NCBI GenBank assembly: GCA_002633005.1
Contig: NMRA01000031.1
Span: 272,888-336,887 of the forward strand
Reading direction: 5' to 3'
DNA: 64,000 nucleotides
Source of the DNA: Phoronis australis
Lineage: Eukaryota; Animalia; Phoronida
In this document: one piece after another, positions 11,555 through 24,360 of the stretch
Layout: the number at the start of each line of letters is the position of its first letter
How positions within the stretch are numbered: position 1 is the first letter of the stretch
Position numbers and translations under genes: made by a program
Notes under the pieces: generated by a model
Database searches by the model: none
Told to the model about the DNA's origin: nothing
The model's input: only the letters and a program-made list of their open reading frames with translations

Positions 11555-13193
11555 AGGAGCATGCCACCCAAAAAGCAACCTATTTTGTATCAATTTAGAT
11601 CGAGTACTTCTACTCGATAACGGCACGTTCGGTTGCGTTACCTGACACCTGACGGCAGACGGAGGTGTTGAAATTATCCAATGATGTCATTGGTTTCACA
11701 CGCAGTCTGTTCAGCAGTTCACAACAGGGGTTACTGGTGTCAGCTTATCGCTTTAATCCATCGTTTAACACTAATAAATCATCAAACTTCAATGTAAAAC
11801 CCTTAAAAATACACCGAGTTCTTATAAAATTGAGTTATTTTATTTCATTGTTACGGATTTATTGGTATTTGGACACACCGTAGCCTACAAAGTTCGGCAG
11901 GACAATTTACCAAGGTCTGTAGCAGGAGTTCGGGGTCTGTTCGGAGATAAATTCAAAGTACTCTTCCACGAAATACAGACAGGATAACCTAGATCTGTGT
12001 TGTTTAGACATGTGATTTTCTGAGTTCTAAACACACAAAACGCTTGTTATCCCGGCCAGTGGCTCGGAACCCGATGAGGTCCGTTGCGGCCGTACAAAAG
12101 ACATCACGAACATAAGCCAGCCAAAGTTGGAAACTAAACTTCCAGTCAAGAAAATAATATACTAGCGAGCCAAAGAAGTAATGTGCACGTGATTATGTTG
12201 GTGAATTATCCATGAAACTGCAAATCTACTTACTCGTCAGGGGCTGCGAATTCTGGTTCCCCTTTGGCCACAGAGCCGTCAGGGCAGAAGTTGTACATTG
12301 ACAATCATTATTTGAATAATGTATAGGTAGATAAAGATTCCCCTAACACCTGGCCGTGGGATAGAAAATCTAGTTATTGTTTCACAACAGTTTCTGTCAG
12401 CAAACACAGAATTAGCATGCGCTCATTCGGCTTCGGTGTCCGGTCAATTAGTTTTATTGCACTAAAGCCGGTAACGCAGTGATTCATTCATTGCTGGCTT
12501 CTCAGTCAAATCATTTGCACTCATGAACACTCCAAAGGCATTACAAATTGCATCTAATGAGACAGACTTTTTTCAGTTTTACATAAGTATTGGTTAGGGT
12601 GAGAATAATTCATTTTGAAACAGAACGCTCAGTAATAAACGTCAACATGGCAACTTGCAATCCCGATGTAGACGAGAGCTCATCCGACGAAGACTTCGCA
12701 GGTGGATCGTTAAGTTTCACAGTTCAAACCGAAATACAGTGATGAAGAAATACTAGAGAGGCGCCGTGAACACGCTCAGGCAACAGAATTGTATGGATAG
12801 TTATTTGGTAAGCCGGCATTTGTCTGACTCACTGTCGACGACTGCAGGCCACAGATACGGAGATGGCCTCATACTTGCTATTTACAGCGTACTTTTCATT
12901 CTTCACTACCTCGAGCCACTTCCTAAGCATTTCGGACTCTCGAGGAAGTCGAAAAACGATATACCCGCTTTCCTCGCAGCTGCATACAGTTCGGATAAAC
13001 GGCAACGATGCACCGCAACATAGCGGCATTCACTCTGCAAATGAACCACTGACGTCGCTGCATCGTTTCTCACCGTCCTTACAAGTTAACGCGACACCTC
13101 TCGGCAAGGTAAGGTCGATCGTATGCGAGGCGATGTGGATATAGACCGATTAAGACGGTAAAAAAGACTAATTAAATCGGGTGGCATTCTCCT
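11555..13193. mobile_element. Non-autonomous Kolobok-type DNA transposon
   Basis: TTAA on both sides (11551-11554, 13194-13197); TIRs aggagcatgccaccc / gggtggcattctcct (14/15 match) with AGG...CCT ends; THAP remnant inside. Confidence 0.82.
12829..13029 (-). pseudogene. THAP zinc-finger remnant (N-terminus of Kolobok transposase)
   Basis: MPLCC...C....GYIVFRLPRESEMLRKWLEVVK, then after a frameshift RICGLQ, matching the C2CH THAP pattern (F.FP, W, R.C..HF). Confidence 0.7.
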
Positions 13194-13614
13194 TTAAAGT
13201 TCTACACCCCACATACAATAGCTACCTTCACTTTGTTTGCAGATATCGTGGGCATTCACAACAATCTTAGAAGCCTTTGACAAAAGAAAAAAATCGGATT
13301 TTGGTAACTGGTGAGAATTTAGCCTACACAGCTGAATTTCAAGCTCACCGATACCAAATGAAGTGTGGACTGCAATCACAGAAGCTAGATTGAAATTAAA
13401 TAATTCTCTCAGCAATTTTCAGTGAATCCGTGCTTTCAGAAAAAGCAGATTTAATAGCTTTTATGTTCCTTCAATAATGATGACAGCCGTAGACCTTGTT
13501 GTCATAACAATAATTTGTGCCTTTGAACCCCCGTTACCTAATTGGTTAGAGTTTATCTTCAGTAGCACACACTAAACCCAAATGGTTATTAAGTACATCC
13601 TCCTATAAACTTAC

Positions 13615-13635
13615 AAGGCCGTCCTTTTCTGACAT
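13615..13635 (-). CDS. SLC4A2: SLC4 anion exchanger start-codon exon (MSEKDGL); whole exon 13615-13688 including 5' UTR
   Basis: Acceptor atttcttttcAG (13689-13690), aacATGt start preceded by an in-frame TAA, donor GTAAGT at phase 0 matching the next exon. Confidence 0.65.
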
Positions 13636-13784
13636 GTTGGGGCTGAGTTACTGACAAGACTTCATGAATCTACCATCAAAGAAATGATCTGAAAAGAAAT
13701 AAAAATACCAGGATAAGTTTAAAAACATGTTGCCTGGGCAACAAAGACTACGGTAATGTTCAAGTTTACTAATCAGGAAATCGA

Positions 13785-14240
13785 GCACTATTCAAGCCAA
13801 TCTTTTTAAAAACTCAACAGCATTTCACCGTGTTTAGCCGGTTCAAAACAACAAACTAACTAGGCCTTTTTACTCTCATCAAATCGTACTCGTCATATTC
13901 CTAATAATGACAGGATTCTACTACCGTTGCCAAGACGAAAACATCAGCAACTCAATAAATGCTTCAGAGCGTATTGCAGTTGGCCAATCCTATGATTATG
14001 TATTTGAAAATGATGCATGAACGTATTGCCGGTAACATAAGTTCACTTGCTACAGAAATAGAATCCTATCAGTGTAAGGAATAGTACGAGATTGAATTGT
14101 AACAGTGAAAGGTCTCATTAGATTTTCATTCTAGTCACCTGAACAGGACAAAATGCAGCTTTATTTAACTCGACAATCTAACAACTATAATGAGTTTTAC
14201 CAGCACAATTTTATGACTTGGCTTGTAGAGGCACTATCTA
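13785..14240. mobile_element. Degenerate palindromic MITE
   Basis: Imperfect long inverted repeats, e.g. tcgtactcgtcatattcct...acaggattcta vs tagaatcctatcagtgtaaggaatagtacga, and caagccaa vs ttggcttg. Confidence 0.5.
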
Positions 14241-14403
14241 TGCTCTTTACCAACTGACATTTAAACTTCTGGTCATAAAATTCAACCAGAAACATTAGCT
14301 CACACTCAGTGACCCCAATACTGCTTGCCAAGTATCACTTTCATTTTAGTGCCTTTCATATGAATAAAAAAACAGTCGCCATCACCTGAGCACATTGCAA
14401 TAG

Positions 14404-14516
14404 GTCATGGGCATTTTGTCGCAGTAAGTCATGGGTATTTTGTTACAGTAAGTCATGGGCATTTTGTCGCAGTAAGTCATGGGCATTTTGTCGCAGTAAG
14501 TCATGGGCATTTTGTC
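14404..14516. repeat. 24-bp tandem repeat, about 4.7 copies
   Basis: gtcatgggcattttgtcgcagtaa at 14404, 14428, 14452, 14476 and a partial copy at 14500. Confidence 0.93.
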
Positions 14517-17500
14517 ATATGTAACACTTTTGCATTGAAAGGAATTTGGAGAGATGATAACTCAGAAAGTCGCAAAAAACGGATCCTACTTACTAAAACA
14601 AGACTGCACACATATGCATATATTCAAGGCCCAGATGTCTATACTAACAACTGGAGACATATATAAAACAAGTCTGTGACAGTTTAACTTGCCAACACTG
14701 CTCTCTAGGAGTTCTAGCCAGGTTATAGGAAGGATTTCAAGCAAATTTCAAAAGTTGAACTGACAATGACAACAGAACAGTCAGACCACTAGTAAGCCCA
14801 CAATGTGTCCATGTTAACTCGCCTATTTCGTAGCTGTAAACACCAGGCCTTTTTGATAGATATTTATTGAATCCTTCATAAGAGACAACACAGCTGTTTT
14901 TATCTGTATGAATAACAGAGCAAGGTGTCTTTATCAGACGGTGACATTTGGCAGAAACCAATGAAAGTGAATCTCATACATCACATACTAATATTGAATG
15001 TATAATACCTATGTCATAGGCAACACATGTTCATTTAGTACACAGATGCCCACATTGATGGATTGCATATTATTTTAATTACCAAAGTGCATTAAATGCG
15101 CGTACTATTCAGTTTGGTGGAAAGATTGGGACACTTATCACAACTTAAATGTCAAACCTAATGTTGCGATAATGGAGCAGTGCTAGTACCACAAGCCAAC
15201 ATCACAGTCTCGTGTTCTCCACATCCTGTCTTAACATGTCACTGCAACCTATTTGCCAGCACTTGCAACACATCTGAATCGGTCTCAACAAGTTTGAATG
15301 GATACCGACACATTTTGGATTTCAGGTGCACAGAACATCATTAGGTACTGTTTGTAAATAATAAATTGTGGTCTTTTGGTGAATGTTGTTCGTTTGTAAA
15401 TTTTGCAAAAAATGTTAAACTAGCTCCGGAGCTTTACTGTTGAAGTACATCCTGTAAAGAAACCGGTACGTGTGCACTTAAGGTAGAGTAACTGCAAGTT
15501 CTAATATGCACTGCAGAGAATCTCTGCCACTGCCATGCGCCAGCATATTTGCTGATGTTTGCACACTTCCGACACGTTTGGGATTTCAGTTGTGAAGACC
15601 ACTATTATGTGCTGGTAAAGGTGTTGCAGAACACAGGCAAAAGTATGCGGACACTGCCGAAGTGCACTTTATCAAGTCTAGAGTAGAGGCTATGGAGCAC
15701 TGACTATAGTATTTATGCATACTATCAAGTTTGATATGAAAAAATATAATAAACCTAATTTTACCTTTTAGAAAAGTTTGTATCTATTGGCAACAACCTA
15801 AAAATACGAATTACAATTTCGAATGAATAAGTAACACTACATTAACAAAAAATCCATAGCTTCTCACTATAACAGTCGCGTTTCCTTGCAGTTTTTGGTC
15901 GTGATCTACTAGACTTGGTCCGCCACTAGAAAGCAGCGCAAGCTTCACAATGGGCTGAATCGCAAACGACACCTATAGGATGTCCGCAGTACTCAAATTT
16001 GGCGACTTCAAATCCGAAATGGCGAGCTGAGTTGGGCGTTTTCTTAATGCCGGACGCTGTAATAACATGTGCACTCTGCCAAGTCTGGTGCTAAGGCTCT
16101 GTAGGACATAGGTGAAAGTACGGTATTCAGATAATACTACTGCCGAATTTGGGTAGAGGCAGTGTAACACTGAGGACACTCCTGACAGACTATTTGTTCT
16201 GTCAAGTCTGGTGTCAGGACTCAGGGACATGGTGATTGACAGTTATCCACATGGTGTCAGGACTCCAGGACAACAGGATTGATAGCTATCCAGATAATGA
16301 AATACCAGAATAGTGCCAAGTTTTGTATAGAGGCAGGGTAGCACCAAGAACACTATGGGGCAGCAATTTGTGGAGTCAAAGAGACCTAGCGAACAGCAGT
16401 TCCCAATTCGTAAGTGCCAACTGAAGACTTCTACAGACACTCCCTATCAAATGTATGACTAGATAATTCACTCCTACCTTCTTTGATGCCTGCACTTTAT
16501 CTGACAGTAGGAATTAGCTGCACTGAAAATACAAAAGACGAATTTGATTGGCCAACACAAGACTAAACATGAACAAGCAAATAACAAATGGTATCAAGCA
16601 TGACAATTGAGACTTAACATAAGGCCAAAATAGCACAGTTGGTTTCTGGTCTGTACGTCAACTCATTACGAGTCTACCTTTGCCACCTGAAAAAATGTCC
16701 ATCAATTTCAGCTGACGTCTCATTTTTTTTGAAAAGCTTAACAAAAGAATCTAAGCAAGGTTTGAAATGCTACGATTTGAGTACAAAAATCCCACATAGT
16801 GTCATTTGCTCATCTCTGTGAATTTCTTTTTTTTTTTTTTGAAACAGTGAGCAACTACCGGTATTTACACTCGGATTTCAAGATCAGAATCAATTATGCT
16901 TTTTGACCCAAATAGCCAACAACTATTTTTTCAGACATCATGACACTGGCGAATGACGTAGATCGCACATTTCAACCCTACAGAGAAAAGAGTATTGGGA
17001 GAGCAGCAACCCCAGGCTAGGCATTAATTCAGCTAACTTGCAACAGGTCATTACAAGGAGTCCTCATAGGTTAATCATTACCCTCCTAACAAAGCAGCCC
17101 CAGTACTCTTCTGTGCACTTCCTCCTGATACACCATGCCACCATGCATGCATTCATCAAAACATCCAACAGGCAAGTTATTGAAAATAAAAAACTGAATT
17201 CATAATATTATTGTTCATGATTCGTGTCCATGGCAACCCTTGTACTTATTAGTTGGCTCTACCCACGCAGTAACCTTCAAAATAGTTGTGCTCATTTAAA
17301 ATTATACAAATATGTGCAAAACCTCTGTAACCGCGTTATAAATAGGACAAAGACGTACACACGATAGAATGTGGAGCACAGAGAGTGAAACCTTTGGCTG
17401 ACTAGTTACAAGGATAATTTTAGGAGCACGCCACACGTCACTGGTGCATAAAAAATTTCATTGACGGCTTGACGCACTACGATTACTTTATTCGGGTCAA

Positions 17501-18224
17501 CGGGTGTACTAAAACTGTCACAATTTCGCCTGACTTTATCCGGAAAAATACACATTGCATTCAGAATATATTAAAACTAAAACGCAGAACAGTTGATTAT
17601 AAGGATCTGACATATTTCAATAATGCAGATGCCAACTATGGATTTATGTGTATCTGTAGATCTATTGAAATGCAGGTAGCCATTCAGACCACTCAATAAT
17701 TGGGCAACTATTTGACGCAGTAGATGAAAAACTCACATTTAAAATGCCACAATCCAAAAATCAAACTGAAAAAGGGCAGACATTCGACAAACATGGCCCA
17801 TAGATTTGAGGCTGTGAGGGGCAACTGACTCATAGCCACGTTTTTCTAAAATGATTTTTGAACTAATGCGCCTGCTATTACATTTACAAAACATTGAGTG
17901 CTTCAAGGAGTTCGGTGTTCATCTTGGTTTGGTAACGATTGACTTTCAACGGCTCCATACTAAATTATACTCGGGCAGCCTGCCCTGGTCGTACGCAAAA
18001 TTCATGTTTATTGAACAAGAAATTCATCCTGTAGTGTGCGAGCAAATTAAGAAGTTAGAGCAACACCAAGTGCTGATATGACTATCACAGATACAAAAGA
18101 CAATCATGACTATCTTAAAAAATGACTCTAGGAGGTGGAAAGTCAGCAATGCTCTCCTCACTTGCCACCTTTCATCATGACACTTCAAGCACTTTGAATC
18201 GGGAGGCAGATGACAAAGGACACA

Positions 18225-18630
18225 AAGACAATAAAAAGGCCACTAGGGGGCCCAGCATAAGTCAAATCCATCTGAAGCAGATCAGTGCTGTCTAACAACA
18301 TGACAGTAACTTATTTGTTAAATTTCATAAACATCTTACATCCATCGATGAACTTGGTTGACATGAAGATAGACATACCGGTAAATAAAAACTGTCACAA
18401 GTGGAAGATGAATTTGTCCCAACATAATACACATATCGAATTTCATGAAGATCCATCCATGAAATTGTACTTAGCCTCGGGCAGAAAAGTTGCCACAAGA
18501 TGGCGCCATAGCAGTACAACTCTTTCAAAACACATCGTCAATCAAGCAATTCCCAGTCGGAACATATACATGTCAAATTTTATGATAGTGGGGTGGACAC
18601 AAACAAAACAGACTCGAAAATAATAAAAAT
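18225..18630. repeat. Degenerate copy of the HINE monomer family
   Basis: ggccactagggggccc...aatccatctgaa, gccacaagatggcgcc and gggtggacacaaacaaaacagactcgaaaa match the 5.6-7.5 kb array. Confidence 0.75.
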
Positions 18631-20174
18631 GAATTTTCTCGATTCCGAAGACTGGGACATATATGATTTTGGCATTAATTATATTTCTGAAATGTCAGAT
18701 GCTTTTATAGATGGTACTCCTTTGAAGCTTGAATGGCGTGCCATCAATCAAACAATGCTATTACGTTCAAAACACACTCTTCCTATTTTCTTGTCCACGC
18801 TTCCCTTGTTTTTGGGTATATTAATACAAACTGAAGGCCTATACTTCCCATCCAAGGCCTGTGCCCAATGTCAAGGTCAAGGCCTCATATAATATGTGGC
18901 TGCAGCAAACATTCCCATGGCCAAGGGGGTGGTGCAGGAGCGAACAACCCCACCCTAAAGACGGTCAAGGTCTGCTCAAAGAACTGTCCATGAGCACTCC
19001 AGGTCCACTACAGCCTCTGAGTCACTTTTGCTTTTCATTGAACCTGAAAGGTCTGAGATGTGACTGACTGACTGACTGGGTGTAGAGAAAATAGTGATAA
19101 GGGGATTGCGAAGAGTAAAAGGAAGGTACCTATTGCAGCAAAATAGCTGGCTATACAGGCTAATGGATGTTGGTGCTGCTTTCTGGCTAAGTTTGAAGGG
19201 CACACAAGTCGAATCTAGCCCAAAAAAAGGTTAAGGCAGGTCCTGCTTAGCCTACATCTGATCACCGCCCAGTGGATGGGTGTGTTAGATCTAACGAATG
19301 TTAGTATGAGACTGAAAATAATATTCAACAAACTGGTGTCTGAAAAAATAAACTACGCATTTGAACCGCCCACTCAAACAAGCCTGTGTTGGTAGGATTA
19401 AGCTGTCCTCAACAAGAAAGGATTTACAAACAATGACAGAACAGATATAGGATTTTATTTCTTCCTCATTGATCTTCCGCCCTCAACTCTTAACAAAATG
19501 CTTGCTTCTTTACAAGTTCACTGCTACACATGGAAGGGTATCTGACCAGAGACGGAGGCAAGAAAATTGCAAACCCTCTAAACCCATAAGACCGAAACGA
19601 AGTCCAACATGTCCAAAGGCAAAGACGGGTAGCCCCATAACCACCTTCGTAAGTGGAGCTAAAATGTTGACTTAATCGACGTCATAGCAGAAAACATACA
19701 TGTGATTATGTTCACAGACATGAACCGTTAGCATACGTACCAGTTGAAACATGTGCAAGCTCATTCAAACCCCTGATCCTTAATATAACGACAGTAAACA
19801 AAAATAGTCACACAATGACCTCCACACCGCTTACCGAGTCATGAGTGACAAGAGCAGCTATTCCATTTCCATCACATAGGGGTGTTAGGTTATCATCACT
19901 GAATACATGAGCATCTGTTGGCGTATTTAAGAGCAGGTTGTTGTTTTACAAATTCTCAGGCAAAATTCAAAATTGCCGTTTGTTAAAAAGCGTGAGTTTG
20001 TCAATCCAACGACTGGTTTAGGACTCGCACCAATTTCGACAAACGCGGAAAATGAATGGCAAGTCGACTCAACTACAAAACAATGTGGGGGTCAATATAG
20101 GTAGCTAGTGAAAGTGGACTGTGCAAAACAAACAACCACTCTTTTGCCAGAGACTGTAGAGTAACCCCTAAGCT

Positions 20175-20300
20175 CTTACCGAAATACCTTGCGTGCGATC
20201 AGTGGACGCGCGAATTTCACGAAATGCAAGATCACGCAAGACTTCGCGAGATATCACCATGTATACACGAGTCTACGGTTTCTACGAGCGTGTGAGCACA
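20175..20300 (-). promoter_or_regulatory. Putative promoter and non-coding first exon of the SLC4 gene
   Basis: CpG-rich patch with an ATCTCGCGAAG motif (TCTCGCGA-type promoter element) followed on the minus strand by a donor G|GTAAGAG at 20179. Inference only. Confidence 0.4.
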
Positions 20301-20638
20301 CACGTAGTGGACACTCCTTGCTGTAGGTAAAGGTTTGTATCCTGCACAGACCTTCCAGATTGGCCTCATGCGCTATCTGTGACGTAACAGTGTGAGCCCA
20401 AAGGCGAGGATACCTGTCCCCAGCAAGAAACAGTCCCAAATGGGGACTCTACTAAGTTCCCTAAATCTTTTGCGTATTTGTTTCGTTCTTTACTTACTCA
20501 CAGATGCAATGATGATTTTTTCTTCATTATAAACTCCTCTTCGAAACTAATGACATTTTCTAACAATATAAAAACTGAGACCTTATAATTCAATCAAAAT
20601 AATTAGGGACTTAGCAGCGGCGGATCTACGGGAGGGTT

Positions 20639-20792
20639 CAGGGGTGGGTGCAGGATTTTTATTTAGGGGGGGACCTGGCAGAGAATTAGCCAGGATTTTG
20701 CCCGTGAGATGGCGCACCCCCGAACTGCCAAATGGAAGCTGGGAGTTTTAGGGGGGCATAGCCCCCTTGGCCCCCCTCTAAATCCGCCACTG
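20639..20792. mobile_element. Small hAT-type MITE nested just inside the left end of the hAT element
   Basis: caggggtgggtgcaggat...aaatccgccactg with duplicated gggttcag; homologous in reverse orientation to 34263-34416. Confidence 0.65.
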
Positions 20793-21447
20793 GGGTTCAG
20801 GGGGTTTAAGCCCCCCTTGGGCCAGGACCCAAAAATAAAACAAGTAAAAACCAAAAACGTCTCCAGCAAAACAAAAGCGACACCGCCAGCATGTGTAAAC
20901 CCCAAGTAAACTAACTTGGAAAAATTGAGGGCGGAGGTTCACTCTGAAAATATAATTTTTTGCATTGTGAATTGCTGTTATGAAAATCGACGCATTTCGA
21001 TTCTTCGTGACTCATCGGCAAAACGCGCGGAGATTAATTGTGTGCGCGCTTCCGTCGACACTTCTGAAGTAGCCAAGCATTTTAGATGGATCCACCGCTG
21101 ACGGAAAGAGCAGCTCTGTAGCTGATTTCTGTAGGTAACTACATAGCTTCTTTACTCTAAGATATGTTTTGATTTAATCATGGGAAATATTGTGGTGCCG
21201 CAACCCTGATATTTAGGCGAATTGACGTGCAACGTTTTCACCTCATCTGTCATGCCGTGTCATTCCATTATACTCCACACGTTTGTAACTCGAATTTGAC
21301 TGGTCTATAGTTAAGTTGTCTTGCGCAATATCACACAGTGTACATGTACATGTAATATTTTTGAAAAGAACTCGTTTTCCGAAGAATTGCTATTGTCGCG
21401 GGCGCCGTGGTCTGGTCACGAGTCCGTTTGAAGATGCACTCTAACAA

Positions 21448-22445
21448 CATAGGTGGATTTAGGGGGGGGCCAGGGGGCCCGCCCCCCCCCCCCTTTGGCT
21501 GCCCCAAAAAATAAAACAGTAAGCCAGAGCGGAGGGAAATGTTGAGTTTATTAATTAACTCCGATAATTAAAATTATAGGGATGAAAAAAGATTTAGGAG
21601 TGCAGTTTTAGTGTGTGTGGGGGGCTCAAATCCAATTTCAAGTGTCAAATTCGGAACACGGCGCATTCGTAACGGAACTATGGCTAAGTATAGGCTTTCC
21701 CGCGATATCCCAAGCGACCGGCAGTGGCGCTGCGCACTACGACTTCGTTTCCGTCGTCTGCTTCACTGTACAATGAAGAAAATTTATTTCATTTTTTAAA
21801 GAAAATGGAGCCTGAGTGACGATGAAAAAACAGAAGCTGCTGGTAAGATGTGAATTTTAATCGAACCCTTAGTGAATCACTCAGAAGCTCGCAATACACT
21901 CTTTGTCAAACCTTATCTTAAGGCGATTTCCAAAGCAATCCCGTCATTATTGCCAACAAGAAAAACGGATTTGGTCTTTTGGGCATTTAAAGACTATTTT
22001 AAATACAACAAATTTGTTAAGAATTGATGGCACAAAATATAAAACGCGTAATAAACATTACAAAACGAAAAGAAGTCGGTTTCGCGCGCAAACGCTGTGG
22101 ACCATAAACAAGAAGGAGTCTTAGTATAAAATTATTAGTTAATCGTGGTGGTGTAGTGGTAACGCAGGCGCGCTCTATCCGCCAGGTCGTGAGTTCGAGT
22201 CTTTCATTCTTGCAGTTTTTCCTGTTTGACATGTTCTCCGTGTTTTTTCCCCTTTTTTCTTGGATAATACTTCAGGAATCAAGGAAAATGCTTGATTTTT
22301 AGAGGTAAAAACAGAAAAATTTCCCCCCTCCCGACCTCCCCCCATTCGGTGCTATGCGCATCTACAATCGTGGTTCAGTTTGCGCAAATGCTTACAGCCG
22401 GACAAAATGTTGGCCCCCCCTTGTGATATCCTAGATCCGCCACTG
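21448..22445. mobile_element. hAT-type non-autonomous element nested in the hAT
   Basis: Ends cataggtggatttaggggggg ... cctagatccgccactg, the same terminal family as 56692-56999 and 57546-57840. Confidence 0.6.
22143..22212 (+). mobile_element. tRNA-derived SINE head (Pol III A and B boxes)
   Basis: A box tggtgtagtgg and B box gagttcgagtc; no pairing acceptor stem. Confidence 0.55.
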
Positions 22446-22599
22446 AAGTTATGTCTATACAAAGAATGACCAAGGGGGCACTCACATTTGCAAAGTGACC
22501 GCATTCGCGAACAGTGTACAGTACCAGAAATTGCGAGGAGGCTGTATTTTCACAGCAAAAGTCTTGCGGGACTCGTGCGATGTTCAATAGGCCTTCAAA

Positions 22600-24360
22600 G
22601 GAGCACTAGTTCCGACCTCAACACCTACCGTCTTTCTACCTGCAATAAGCACTACTGCCGTCTTCTATACTGGGAATTTCCGCAGAAAGGCCCACCCGAT
22701 GAAACGCTCATGCCCATGGGTATTTATTTGATGTTAGTACTTAGGGTTTCAAGCGTTCAGACATTGGGACGTTTATTCCGAAAATTGCAAGAGATACAAA
22801 TAGGTCCTGGGATACATCGTCTAGGTTTGAAGTAGTTCACGATGAACGGATCAAACTTAGTTGCGCATGTAAGTCTTTTGAATGGACTTGGAAACCTCAG
22901 GAGGCTTAGTGCAAACTGAGCTGCGAAACAAGATGCCGACATAGTAGAGGCTTACAAGCTCATTTACACAGCAGTTGACGAAGTGCAAGCGTTGGGAACA
23001 AATATCGAAGATGTCTGGGTAAAATGGTTCCAAGACAAGCAAACCATTGGATCCGATTTACAGATTCCTCGGCAGTCTAGAGAACAGCAGGATAGGACTA
23101 ACGTTCCTGGAGAAACACCCACGTAATAAGTTATAGTTATACACAGTTTGTACATAATGTCCGTTTTTTATGCTTGTGTACAATGAAAACGAAATAGAAA
23201 TTATATTTGGTCATGCCAAATTTACCCAGTACAGCAGAGGGTCTACGAACGCACAGAAACTGATTCAGTTTTGTATTTCCACTTGGCTCTATCTGCTTCA
23301 TATCCAAAATCTATTTCACGTAGTGCGTAGTTAAATTTGTACTCAATACTTGTTTCTTCCAATGAGTATTACAGAATGATGCGAAAGCCCTTCCTAGACA
23401 ACCTCTCGCAGCAGTTGACGACCAGATGTATAAAATACACGTATTAGCAACCACTGGGCATTAAAAAGTGTCTAGAGAGAGGTTTTTAATTCAAAAATTT
23501 TTGCATAGTACACTTTAGGTCTCGCGACGGACCAGGTCAGCTTGATTTGTATAGATATTGAGTTTCAGTGTACTTCTGGTCCCTCTGCGAACTAGTCTTG
23601 TGATGTTTTTTTTACCAAAGTGTGCTTTGTAAAACTATTTATCTCAGCCAGTACTGTTTGGTCCCGAAACAGATCGACTATTTTTATAGGAATACCAAGC
23701 ACAGGTGTACTTTTGGTCTCGTGACGGACCACTGAGGCCAACCTTTTTATGTACTCTCAGTGTACATCTGGTCGCTCTGCGAACTGGTCCTGTATATCTT
23801 TTCACCACGGTGTACAGAATGTTTTGGTTTCGTAAAACTGTTTTCAGATGATTTGTTTCCTGATACATTTGACGTTTTTCAATTGTTGTCAACTTGATTC
23901 AGCTTAATATAGTGATACCTAATTGTTTATTGTCGCTTTTAATAATAGACTATGAGCTGAGAGCACCATCGTTCGCCAGTTTTTCTTGTAACGAGATAGA
24001 ACACATGTTTATTTCCGGACTAACAGTACAGGTCTTCGTTCTTAAACAACTTGAGGCTGCTGTTTCGCGATCATCTGATATTCAAGTTTTTACGCCCCGT
24101 CGGTGCTCCTTATGCTCTTGAATATTTGGTAGTTGTCTAAACCCCACACACACCACACTTTTTCATATACGACTTTTCGTATGCTAAAAAGGTGTGTGTA
24201 ATCAGATGTTCCAACAAAAATTTTTGCTGGTGGCGTGACTCATACTCAGATATGCACAAGGAATATGGTTTCACGAAACTTATGAGCCACGTTCATGTGA
24301 CGAAATCGAGAAGGGTTTTAAATTATCTTAAGAAAAACACAAGAGACATGTTAAGTGCCA
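22600..24360 (+). pseudogene. hAT transposase remnants
   Basis: LRRLSAN*AAKQDADIVEAYKLI...IEDVWVKWF...IPRQSREQQDRTNVPGETP (22870-23125), EYYRMMRKPFLDNLSQQLTTR (about 23365-23428) and LMSHVH...VLNYLKKNTRDM (about 24280-24350) follow the order of hAT C-terminal motifs (PR...RQ.HR.NVP..TPEEYYR...PFLD, L.HIH, FA.K.PRRM). Multiple stops and frameshifts. Confidence 0.75.

Noticed and set aside
15100-16450. Degenerate direct repeats in SLC4 intron 1 as a structured locus
   Set aside because: The units are too diverged and irregular to define; most likely old satellite or transposon debris.
22143-22212. Functional tRNA gene
   Set aside because: A and B boxes are present, but there is no pairing acceptor stem or clean anticodon arm, and it sits inside a transposon. 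Treated as a SINE head.
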